The notes under the pieces were generated by a model, which did no database searches, was not told the DNA's origin, and saw nothing but the letters and a program-made list of their open reading frames with translations. 39,662 nucleotides of DNA. Origin: an uncultured Desulfovibrio sp. (GTDB lineage Bacteria; Desulfobacterota; Desulfovibrionia; Desulfovibrionales; Desulfovibrionaceae). Location of the stretch: positions 1 through 39,662 of the forward strand of contig CAYNKM010000001.1 of the NCBI GenBank assembly GCA_964397795.1, in the 5' to 3' direction. Shown piece after piece: positions 27,830-35,603 of this stretch (its first letter is position 1; each line of letters opens with the position of its first letter). The position numbers were made by a program, and so were the translations under genes.

Positions 27830-28129
27830 TTATTTCCGCTCTTTCCTTGTTTCCCATACCGCGTTATTCCTTATATCCGCCGCAAGCCACTGCCCGGTCA
27901 TCGACAGGCAAATCCTGTTCCCCTGAAAATCCGCGTTTTTACTCGTCTGCGCCTCAATGGCTATCACCTTTCTGAATCTGTCTTGAGGCTTAATCGCCTT
28001 TTTCCCCTGGATGGACAGGCTTAAGGCATCGCTTTCCCGTAGGGGTTCTCTTTTAATCAGGGGTTTTTCTTCATCTTTATAGTCTTCCCCATTGGCTTCG
28101 GCCAAAATCCTTGCAAAATCCGCTTTCAT
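27830..28129 (-). CDS. Hypothetical protein (orphan, 99 aa)
   Basis: ORF fills the gap between the thioesterase and bfr, with AAGGA upstream. No recognisable domain. Confidence 0.4.
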   Translation of the reverse strand: MKADFARILAEANGEDYKDEEKPLIKREPLRESDALSLSIQGKKAIKPQDRFRKVIAIEAQTSKNADFQGNRICLSMTGQWLAADIRNNAVWETRKERK

Positions 28130-28157
28130 AAAGCATATTTTCCTTACCCGCTTTTAT

Positions 28158-28174
28158 ATGAAAAAATTTTTCAG
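28158..28174. promoter_or_regulatory. Candidate Fur-family operator
   Basis: ATGAAAAAATTTTTCAG contains a perfect 7-1-7 palindrome TGAAAAA-A-TTTTTCA, resembling the deltaproteobacterial Fur consensus WTGAAAATNATTTTCAW; it lies upstream of bacterioferritin. Confidence 0.45.
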
Positions 28175-28221
28175 AATGCAAAACAGAAATTTATGCCTCG
28201 CCTATGATCCTGAAATATTCC

Positions 28222-28250
28222 TTGACTTTTATTTTAGACATTTTTAATCT
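28222..28250 (+). promoter_or_regulatory. Candidate sigma70 promoter of bfr
   Basis: TTGACT-17 nt-TAATCT. Confidence 0.45.
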
Positions 28251-28361
28251 TTTTTAGGCCGTCTTTACGGTACATTTTTTACGCCCGCCCAGAATATGGC
28301 AAGGCCTTTAAAAAGTGGATCGGATTGCCCTTTTTATTAATTTTATATAAGGAGTTATGCA

Positions 28362-28898
28362 ATGAGCGTTTCAGATCCCAATGTCCAAAAAGTTATTGAT
28401 TGCCTTAATAAGGCCCGCTTAATGGAAATTACCGCGATTCATCAATATATGATTCAAAACTACGCCCTGGATGAAATGGATTACGGCCAGCTGGCGGTTT
28501 ATATGAAAACTATCGCCATTGATGAAATGCATCATTCAGAATGGTTTGGGGAACGCGTTGACGCGCTTGGTGGCCTTCCTGAAAGCGGAATGGCCGAGGG
28601 GGTAAAGCAGCCGCAAACCATTGAACAAATGTATCCCTACGATATTGGCCTGGAAACCAACACCATAAAAGTGTACAATGATTTTGTGAAAATCTGCCAT
28701 GAATGCAAGGATTCCATTACTGCCGGTCTTTTTAATAAGGTTATAAAACAGGAAGAAATTCATCTGGCTTATTATGAGGAAACAAAAGAGCATCTTGAAA
28801 AACTTGGCAATGCCTTCCTGGCAAAATACGCCGCGACCTCCAAGAAAACCGGGCCGATCAAGAGCTTTGTAAAACTGATGGACAAGGAAGACTTCTAA
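28362..28898 (+). CDS. bfr: Bacterioferritin (Desulfovibrio type)
   Basis: LNKAR.ME..AIHQYM, IAIDEMHH (ferroxidase Glu/His plus heme-ligand Met) and EExH; closely resembles the D. desulfuricans Bfr sequence as I recall it. Confidence 0.93.
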   Translation: MSVSDPNVQKVIDCLNKARLMEITAIHQYMIQNYALDEMDYGQLAVYMKTIAIDEMHHSEWFGERVDALGGLPESGMAEGVKQPQTIEQMYPYDIGLETNTIKVYNDFVKICHECKDSITAGLFNKVIKQEEIHLAYYEETKEHLEKLGNAFLAKYAATSKKTGPIKSFVKLMDKEDF

Positions 28899-28921
28899 AC
28901 TTCCTATAAAATTCCGTGATA

Positions 28922-28955
28922 GCGGCGCCGGAAACTTCCGGCCCGCTTTTTTTTT
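28922..28955 (+). terminator. Rho-independent terminator of bfr, at the convergent junction with the GSIII gene
   Basis: GCGG(C)GCCGGAA-AC-TTCCGGCCCGC followed by T9. Confidence 0.85.
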
Positions 28956-31146
28956 ATTTGCCAAACAGAATTTCCTGATAATTGGGCAGAGCCCATAGAT
29001 CATCGGCGACCCTCGTTTCCAGCGCATCCGCAAAAGAACGCAGATGATTCATCATGGGCAGAACCTTGTCGCAATATGCCCTGGCCGCGTCAAAACCAGA
29101 CCCAAGGCCAGCCGCATTTTCCAGCGCTTCTTCCAGGCTATCCGTCGCGTTATGAAGTTCACGCAAATCCCTGCTCAATTCCCGAAGGGCCCTTCCATCA
29201 TAATCCAATCCCAGGGACATCATGTCTTTTGCCGTTTGAGCAAGCTGCCCCTGATATCTTGCCGCGGCGGGAAAAATGATGGTTCTAGCGATTCTTATTG
29301 CCAGATTCGCTTCTGTCGCCACCGTCTTGCAATATTGTTCCAGATAAATTTCCTGCCTGGCTTTCAGCTCGTCCCTGTTCAATACTCCCTGCGTTTCATA
29401 AAGATCCAGAACATAGGGGCTGGTCAGTTCCTGCAGCGCTTCCGGAGTAGAGGGAAGATCCGGCAATTCGCGCCTTCTGGCCTCATTATGCCATACTTCT
29501 GAATAACCGTCTCCATTAAAGATGACAGCGCTGTGTTCTTCAATAACATAGCTGATATACGTTTCCACCGACTGATTTAAATCCTTTCCGGAACGCATCT
29601 CTCTTTCAATAAAATCAGCCGCATGACCCAGTGATTCCGCCATCATCACATTCAGGGCCGTTATTGAACCGGCGGCAGACTGGCTGGATCCCACCGCCCT
29701 GAATTCAAACCTGTTACCGGTAAAGGCGAAGGGACTTGTCCTGTTGCGATCTCCTGGATCGGTAGGCAAAGGCGGCAGAGTATCGACGCCTACATTCATG
29801 ATTCGTTTTTTTCCGCCTTCCTCCATCTGGCTTCCCCTACCGGCGCGAAAAGCTTCAAAAACCTCTGTTAGCTGATCGCCCAAAAATATGGACATGATGG
29901 CCGGCGGCGCCTCATGAGCCCCCAATCTGTGATCATTTGAGGCGCTTGCTACCGTGGCTCTTAAAAGACCTCCATATTTATGGACGGCCCTGATCATCGC
30001 CGCGCAAAAGACCAGAAATTTCGCGTTTGAATGCGGCGTCTCCCCGGGATCAAACAAGCTTCCCAGCTCTGCATTTCCAAGCGAGTAATTAACATGTTTT
30101 CCGGATCCATTCACCCCGCTAAATGGCTTTTCATGCAGGATACATTTTAAGCCATAACGTTTGGCGACATTGCGAAGGGTTACCATGACCATGTGATTAT
30201 GATCCACGGCGAGATTGCTTGCCTCATACATCGGGGCAATTTCATACTGGCTTGGGGCGGCCTCATTATGTCTTGTGCGGACGGGAACACCCAGTTTATA
30301 AAGCTCCCTTTCCACCTCCATCATGCAGGATAATACCCTCTGCGGTATGACACCAAAATATTGGTCGCTGAATTCCTGCCCCTTGGCAGGCCTGGCCCCA
30401 AAAAGCGTGCGACCAGCAATCTGGATATCCGGCCTGGCAAAATTAAAATTGTGATCGATTAGAAAATATTCCTGCTCCAGACCTGCATACGACTGCACCG
30501 GAAGACTGGTCTTAATGTCAAAAAGAGCCAGAACTCTCTGAGCTTCCCTGTTAACCGCCTGATTGGAACGTAAAAGAGGGGTTTTTTTATCCAGAGCGAC
30601 TCCTGTCCAGGATAAAAACATGGTGGGGATACATAAAAATGTGCCATTGGGATTCTCCATGATATAGGCGGGACTGGTGACATCCCAGGCCGTGTATCCA
30701 CGGGCTTCAAAAGTGGAGCGCAAACCTCCTGAAGGAAAGGAAGACGCGTCCGGTTCACCCCTGATAAGCATTGAACCCGAAAATTCGGCAATTACTCCGC
30801 CATTGCCGTCCGGCATGAGAAAACTGTCGTGCTTTTCAGCAGTCTGGCCAGTCAGGGGATAAAAAATGTGCGTAAAATGAGTGGCCCCCTTTTCTATAGC
30901 CCAGTCCTTCATGACCGCGGCAACCGTGTCCGCAATGGCCGGATCCATTCTTTCCCCAAAGGCAATGGTTTTATGCAGCGCCTTGTATACGTTTTTGGGA
31001 AGCCTTTCGCGCATGACCTTGTCATTAAAAACATTGGAACCAAATATGTCCGCTGGCTTTGTCTCCCTGAAATTCAGCGGAGCGAAATCCGGCTTATATG
31101 AAGTTATGGCCTGTATTGCATTATGCCTTCCAGTATTCCCGCTCAT
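28954..31146 (-). CDS. glnN: Glutamine synthetase type III
   Basis: 730 aa; motifs [59 protein letters not shown] and [19 protein letters not shown]. Confidence 0.95.
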   Translation of the reverse strand: MSGNTGRHNAIQAITSYKPDFAPLNFRETKPADIFGSNVFNDKVMRERLPKNVYKALHKTIAFGERMDPAIADTVAAVMKDWAIEKGATHFTHIFYPLTGQTAEKHDSFLMPDGNGGVIAEFSGSMLIRGEPDASSFPSGGLRSTFEARGYTAWDVTSPAYIMENPNGTFLCIPTMFLSWTGVALDKKTPLLRSNQAVNREAQRVLALFDIKTSLPVQSYAGLEQEYFLIDHNFNFARPDIQIAGRTLFGARPAKGQEFSDQYFGVIPQRVLSCMMEVERELYKLGVPVRTRHNEAAPSQYEIAPMYEASNLAVDHNHMVMVTLRNVAKRYGLKCILHEKPFSGVNGSGKHVNYSLGNAELGSLFDPGETPHSNAKFLVFCAAMIRAVHKYGGLLRATVASASNDHRLGAHEAPPAIMSIFLGDQLTEVFEAFRAGRGSQMEEGGKKRIMNVGVDTLPPLPTDPGDRNRTSPFAFTGNRFEFRAVGSSQSAAGSITALNVMMAESLGHAADFIEREMRSGKDLNQSVETYISYVIEEHSAVIFNGDGYSEVWHNEARRRELPDLPSTPEALQELTSPYVLDLYETQGVLNRDELKARQEIYLEQYCKTVATEANLAIRIARTIIFPAAARYQGQLAQTAKDMMSLGLDYDGRALRELSRDLRELHNATDSLEEALENAAGLGSGFDAARAYCDKVLPMMNHLRSFADALETRVADDLWALPNYQEILFGK

Positions 31147-31179
31147 ATACCTACCTCTGGAAAATTGCTAAAATTATAA

Positions 31180-31206
31180 AGAGCGGAAACAAAAAGCTCC
31201 CGCTCC
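31180..31206 (-). terminator. Stem-loop or possible terminator between the PPIase and GSIII genes
   Basis: Minus strand reads GGAGCGGGAGC-TTTTT-GTTTCCGCTCT followed by TTATAATTT. Confidence 0.55.
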
Positions 31207-31225
31207 AGATGATTATTATTAAAGT

Positions 31226-31660
31226 TTATTCATCCTTTTTAGCGTCAAGAATTTCAATTTCAAAAGTCAATTCCTTGCCGGCCATGGGATTGTTTGCGTC
31301 AAGAGTGACTTCATCAGGTCCGACTTCCGAAATAACCACGTCCATTTGCTGGCCTTTGTCACCTGTCAAATGAAGCGGAGTCCCTTCCTCAAGAGGAATA
31401 TTATCCGGAATCTGCGCTTTAGGCACTGTAAACACCAGTTCAGGATCGCGTTCTCCATAAGCATCCTGGGGCGGAATGACAACCGTGACGGTTTCACCAG
31501 GTTCTTTGCCTTCCACCGCGGCCTCAAAACCGGGAATGAGCTGTCCCTTGCCAAGAGTAAATTCCAGCGGCTCCCTTTCCCTGGAAGAGTCAAACACTGT
31601 TCCATCCGCAAATTTACCCGTATAATGTACCTTTACCTTATCACCTTTTTTTACCGGCAT
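31226..31660 (-). CDS. FKBP-type peptidyl-prolyl cis-trans isomerase (SlyD/SlpA-like, no His tail)
   Basis: VKVHYTG...DGTVFDSS..REPLEF.LG.GQLIPGFE...AYG...DANNPMAGKELTFEIEI. Confidence 0.92.
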   Translation of the reverse strand: MPVKKGDKVKVHYTGKFADGTVFDSSREREPLEFTLGKGQLIPGFEAAVEGKEPGETVTVVIPPQDAYGERDPELVFTVPKAQIPDNIPLEEGTPLHLTGDKGQQMDVVISEVGPDEVTLDANNPMAGKELTFEIEILDAKKDE

Positions 31661-31890
31661 TTTAAGCTCCTTTCTAACGTCAGGTTCATTTCAGTTGATA
31701 TTGGATATTGAATCACCAATGGAATTTAGCTATAAAAACTTATAAGATCCAGATTAATTTATATAACATTTTCAGACTGGCTTGTAAAAGCCGCAATTTG
31801 CCTGACCAATGCTGGCAAGACCGAAAAGTTATTCGCCGTATCAATAATCCGGAATTCACACTGAAAAATATCATAATGGCAGGAGGAAGC

Positions 31891-32703
31891 ATGTTGGGCG
31901 CGATAGTTGGAGACATGTCGGGAAGCACTTTTGAATTTCATCCCTGGCAAGGAACATGGGAGGATATTCCCCTGCTTGCTCCAGACTCAAGGTTTACCGA
32001 TGACTCTGTACTGACCATAGCCATAGCGGACGCCATAATGAAAAGCGGAAATGATGAAGATCTGACCAGGCGCAATATGCGTGATTCAGTCCAGAAGTTC
32101 GCCCTTCAGTATCCCGATGCCGGCTTCGGCGGCAGTTTTGCCAGATGGATACGCGAACGCAGAAACGATCCCTATAACTCATTTGGAAATGGGTCCGCCA
32201 TGAGGGTTTCACCAACTGGCTGGGCTTATAATAATCTTGAGGACGTAGAAAAGTTTGCCCGCATAAGCGCGGAAATCACTCATAACCATCCAGAAGGAAT
32301 CAAGGGAGCGTGCGCTGTCGCCGGCTCAATTTTCCTTGCCCGTAAAGGGGCGGACAAAAATACCATAAAGGACTATGTGGAAAAGAAATGGGAATATGAT
32401 TTATCCCGTTCTCTTGAAGAGATCCGCAAAAACTATAGTTTTGATGTAACCTGTCAGGGTTCTGTTCCTGAAGCTCTTACCGCCTTTCTGGAAAGTGATG
32501 ATTATGAAAGCGCGATTCGCAAAGCAATATGGTTAAGGGGAGACGCGGATACGCAGGCTGCCATCGCGGGATCGGTCGCCAAGGCGTATTACAAAGATAT
32601 CCCGGAATCTCTGGCTTCCCAGGCGCTTAATCTGCTTGATAACAACCTTTATGAAAAATATATGGAATGGGAAAGCTGGCTGGCTTACAGAACTGATAAT
32701 TAA
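31891..32703 (+). CDS. ADP-ribosylglycohydrolase family protein (DraG/ARH-like)
   Basis: Motifs MLGAIVGD..GS.FEF, FTDDSVLT, SFGNGSAMR, THNHPEG and GDADT. A GGAGG Shine-Dalgarno precedes the ATG at 31891, so the ORF-track start at 31708 is probably too long. Confidence 0.92.
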   Translation: MLGAIVGDMSGSTFEFHPWQGTWEDIPLLAPDSRFTDDSVLTIAIADAIMKSGNDEDLTRRNMRDSVQKFALQYPDAGFGGSFARWIRERRNDPYNSFGNGSAMRVSPTGWAYNNLEDVEKFARISAEITHNHPEGIKGACAVAGSIFLARKGADKNTIKDYVEKKWEYDLSRSLEEIRKNYSFDVTCQGSVPEALTAFLESDDYESAIRKAIWLRGDADTQAAIAGSVAKAYYKDIPESLASQALNLLDNNLYEKYMEWESWLAYRTDN

Positions 32704-32748
32704 ATTTAATAATAAAAATTTACGATCAGATAGACTGGCGGAGAAACA

Positions 32749-33531
32749 ATGCTTCAGGATCAATATACGGGAAGCGGCAAAGTAATCCTTCTGGCGTGCG
32801 GAGGAAAAATTTATACTGATCTTGCGGCCAGATTTGTGCGCAGTGAGAGGGAACTTGAAGAAATAGCGGCGTCTCCTTATTCGCGTGAAATTGTCAAAAA
32901 TATTCTTGACTCCAATCACCGCGCGGCTCTGGAGTTTGATTATTTTCTTTTCGGAGTGGATGGTTATTCGAGGATTACAGAAACCCAGCTTGTACGAAAG
33001 AGACTGGCATCATACCTGATTAAGTCTGGCAGAGCGGAATTGGGGGGAAAACGGGCCTTTCGCATTGCATATCCGGAAAACGCGGCAAATTTTAAATGCC
33101 CAATTTCTCTTCCCAATGGTGAGACGCTTGAACTCTCCGGACGGGATCTGGCTGAGCTTTCACGACAATGGTATGAGCAGGGGGTGAAACAGGGTCTGCC
33201 TGAAGAAGATTTGCGCTATCTGAAACCCCAGGCAACCACTTTTAAAGCCATAATAGGAATGAATGCGCATGCCCTTCTGGACTGGTTCGCCATCCGGTGC
33301 TGTAAAAACGCCCAACATGAAATAAGGGATCTCGCGAATAAAATGCTGGCTCTTTGTAAAAAAGCCGCTCCCGACCTCTTTGCTTCAGCCGGTCCAAATT
33401 GTGTCCAGATGGGTTATTGTCCTGAAAACCGTCTGCAAAATTCTTTCTGCAAGGGCAAAATACCAACCAAGGAAGAAGCCTTAAAAATTCTTGCCGAGCA
33501 CCGTAATCTGTCCGGAGCAAACAAGGTTTAG
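32749..33531 (+). CDS. thyX: FAD-dependent thymidylate synthase ThyX with variant motif
   Basis: H..ALE, SR....QLVRKRLASYLIKSGR (RxR-X7-S), EDLRYL.P, MNA..L..W..IRCC.NAQ.EIR and a Cys-rich tail. Confidence 0.85.
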   Translation: MLQDQYTGSGKVILLACGGKIYTDLAARFVRSERELEEIAASPYSREIVKNILDSNHRAALEFDYFLFGVDGYSRITETQLVRKRLASYLIKSGRAELGGKRAFRIAYPENAANFKCPISLPNGETLELSGRDLAELSRQWYEQGVKQGLPEEDLRYLKPQATTFKAIIGMNAHALLDWFAIRCCKNAQHEIRDLANKMLALCKKAAPDLFASAGPNCVQMGYCPENRLQNSFCKGKIPTKEEALKILAEHRNLSGANKV

Positions 33532-33663
33532 AAGCCATCTCATAAATGGCTTCGAACGCTATACGGTAGTATAGCGATAAGAGTCGAAAATGAGCCAAAA
33601 ACGACGTTTTTTGGCGAATGATCTTCTCAAAATCAATTATTAATTTGATTTTGAGACATCCTG
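33531..33663 (+). repeat. MITE/REP-like multi-hairpin element, family A copy 1
   Basis: Near-identical to the reverse complement of 37254-37395, including a 54-bp perfect core; begins within the thyX TAG stop codon. Confidence 0.9.
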
Positions 33664-33780
33664 TTGGGCTAGCTCGTGGCAGAGGTTCCGCGCGGAACCC
33701 CGCGTCGTGTGACACAAGCGATTCTTAATGTTTTAGCAGGCTATCGCGGGAGAATAAATCCTGAAACTGGAACCGCCTGA

Positions 33781-35046
33781 TTATTTTTTTCTTTTGCCAT
33801 AAACGATAGCCCCTGCCATTACGCCCAGGCATATCATTGCCTGAGCAAGCCACCAGGTGCGGTAAAAATCATGGCCAAAGATGCCATTTATAAGCCAGCC
33901 CGCATATCCCAGCCAGAAAAACCCTGTTATGCGCCAGTAAAGGAGTTCCGCTCCTTTGGCTTTGAGAAGACAGGCGCGAATATTGACAAGACCCCAAACC
34001 AGAAATCCGCAAATAAAGATCATGCCGAAACCAAAGCCAATAATCCCATGCGCATATAAAATATCCAGATAAAGATTATGCGGATGGCTTATTGTTATGA
34101 CTTCGCGCTCCGGTCTTAATCCCAAACTGTGAAAAGCGGAATTATACTGTCCGGCGCCTGCTCCAAACCAGGGATGGGCGAGAAAGACCTTCCAGGCCAG
34201 GCTCCATAAATTCCAGCGGTTATCATTAACCGTTGATTCAAGGCCTATCCGTCCAGGCTGACAAAGAATAAAGAAGACAAAAATCAAAACTGGCCAGAGG
34301 ATAATGCGCCAATTAATTCGCGGAGAAGACATCCACGCCCAGACAGCGGCAGCTCCGGCCAGCGCGAGAACGCCGCTTCTGACTGACGCGCCCTGAAACA
34401 AAAAAAGTGCCGGCCAAAAAAGCGCGATCATAAGAAACGCGGTAATGTAGATATTGAACTTTCTTTTTATAATAAAAAAAATGGCAAAAGCCGGGATAAG
34501 GGTCAGGGCGAGATAATTTCCTACCGTATAATCCCCAAGACTGCCTGTAAGACGTCCGGAATTTGGGAGATAGCCCATTATAAAATCCCGTCCCGAGATC
34601 GCCTGATATATTCCATCCGCTCCTTCCCAGAAACAGGCCAGCGCGAGCGCCCAGACCAGGGCTTTCAGACGCTTTGGGGAAGACGCGCATTCCATGGCAA
34701 TAAAGGGGAGAATGTAGGCTTTATTAATTCCTGTTCCGGCATGTAAAAGCGATGCCCAAGGATGTTCGGAAAAAATTATTCCTGTGAGAATCATTATTAA
34801 AAGACATGGGAAGAGCGGCCAGACACCAAGGTTGGCAAGCGCGGAATCCGGCCAGTCATATCTCCAGTACAAAATCAGGAAAATGAAGCAGAGCGGAGGC
34901 ATTACCTCCCTGAAACCATAGCCTATTGGAAAAAATGCCAGATAAAACCAGAATGATATAAAAAGCAGACTGTGCCAGAATGCGCCGGGACTTTTAGTGT
35001 AAAGAATATGCAACTTGTCAAACTGGTTTCTTAAAAAGGAGAGCAT
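33781..35046 (-). CDS. O-antigen ligase (WaaL/Wzy_C) family membrane protein
   Basis: Multi-pass membrane protein with RSG, R..LW..A.KVF..HPWFGAGAGQY and HPHNLYL motifs. Confidence 0.88.
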   Translation of the reverse strand: MLSFLRNQFDKLHILYTKSPGAFWHSLLFISFWFYLAFFPIGYGFREVMPPLCFIFLILYWRYDWPDSALANLGVWPLFPCLLIMILTGIIFSEHPWASLLHAGTGINKAYILPFIAMECASSPKRLKALVWALALACFWEGADGIYQAISGRDFIMGYLPNSGRLTGSLGDYTVGNYLALTLIPAFAIFFIIKRKFNIYITAFLMIALFWPALFLFQGASVRSGVLALAGAAAVWAWMSSPRINWRIILWPVLIFVFFILCQPGRIGLESTVNDNRWNLWSLAWKVFLAHPWFGAGAGQYNSAFHSLGLRPEREVITISHPHNLYLDILYAHGIIGFGFGMIFICGFLVWGLVNIRACLLKAKGAELLYWRITGFFWLGYAGWLINGIFGHDFYRTWWLAQAMICLGVMAGAIVYGKRKK

Positions 35047-35076
35047 TATATCTGGCAGGCTATTTTGGGAATGTTA

Positions 35077-35535
35077 TTATTTTTCTGCGCGTATGCTTTG
35101 TTTACCGTGAATATCTTCAATTTCAATGCCTATAATTATAACCCGATCGGCGACTCTGGGCGGACACGGCCTTGGACATTTTGAGTCATATTTATCGGCG
35201 AGAATTTCCAGCGCGCGACATTTTTCGGAAACATCTCCAATAATCCTGGCAATTCCCCTGCCGCTGACAGAACGGAAATATGTTGTCGCCTTCTCCCTGT
35301 CTATTTCAATATCCAGCGCGGTCGCAAAGGCCACATGGGGATTTTGCGTTATAAGATCGCTTTTATGCCCTTCAAGGGCGCAATGCATATATAATTTGCG
35401 ATCCAGTCTGCAAAAATTCAGGGGGATGCAATAAGGATATTCTCCGTCAAACATGGCAAGATAAATTGTTTCAGCATCATCAAGAACCTGATTTATAAAG
35501 CTTTCATCATCCCTCTGGCGATCAACCCTGCGCAT
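35077..35535 (-). CDS. Pyridoxamine 5'-phosphate oxidase-like flavin-binding protein (Nim/NimA family)
   Basis: MRR.DR, YPY.IPLNF, LYMHCA.EGHK...I..NPHVAF, TTYFRSV.GRG and GK near the C-terminus. Confidence 0.85.
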   Translation of the reverse strand: MRRVDRQRDDESFINQVLDDAETIYLAMFDGEYPYCIPLNFCRLDRKLYMHCALEGHKSDLITQNPHVAFATALDIEIDREKATTYFRSVSGRGIARIIGDVSEKCRALEILADKYDSKCPRPCPPRVADRVIIIGIEIEDIHGKQSIRAEK

Positions 35536-35560
35536 AAGAATCCCACTTTATTTAAAAATT

Positions 35561-35589
35561 AAAAGGACGCGACCTATAAGGCCGCGTCC
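35561..35589 (-). terminator. Rho-independent terminator of hcp
   Basis: Minus strand reads GGACGCGGCC-TTATA-GGTCGCGTCC (stem with one G-U pair) followed by TTTTAATTTTT. Confidence 0.75.
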
Positions 35590-35603
35590 CGTATATTCAG
35601 GCT

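Noticed and set aside
28536-29502. ORFs of 165 aa (minus) and 152 aa (plus)
   Set aside because: They are antisense shadows of bfr and the GSIII gene.
31708-31890. 61-aa N-terminal extension of the ADP-ribosylglycohydrolase
   Set aside because: The family starts at MLGAIxGD, and a strong Shine-Dalgarno precedes ATG 31891.
33242-33715. 157-aa minus-strand ORF reading through the repeat, a possible transposase remnant
   Set aside because: It has no DDE or HUH motifs and is mostly antisense to thyX.
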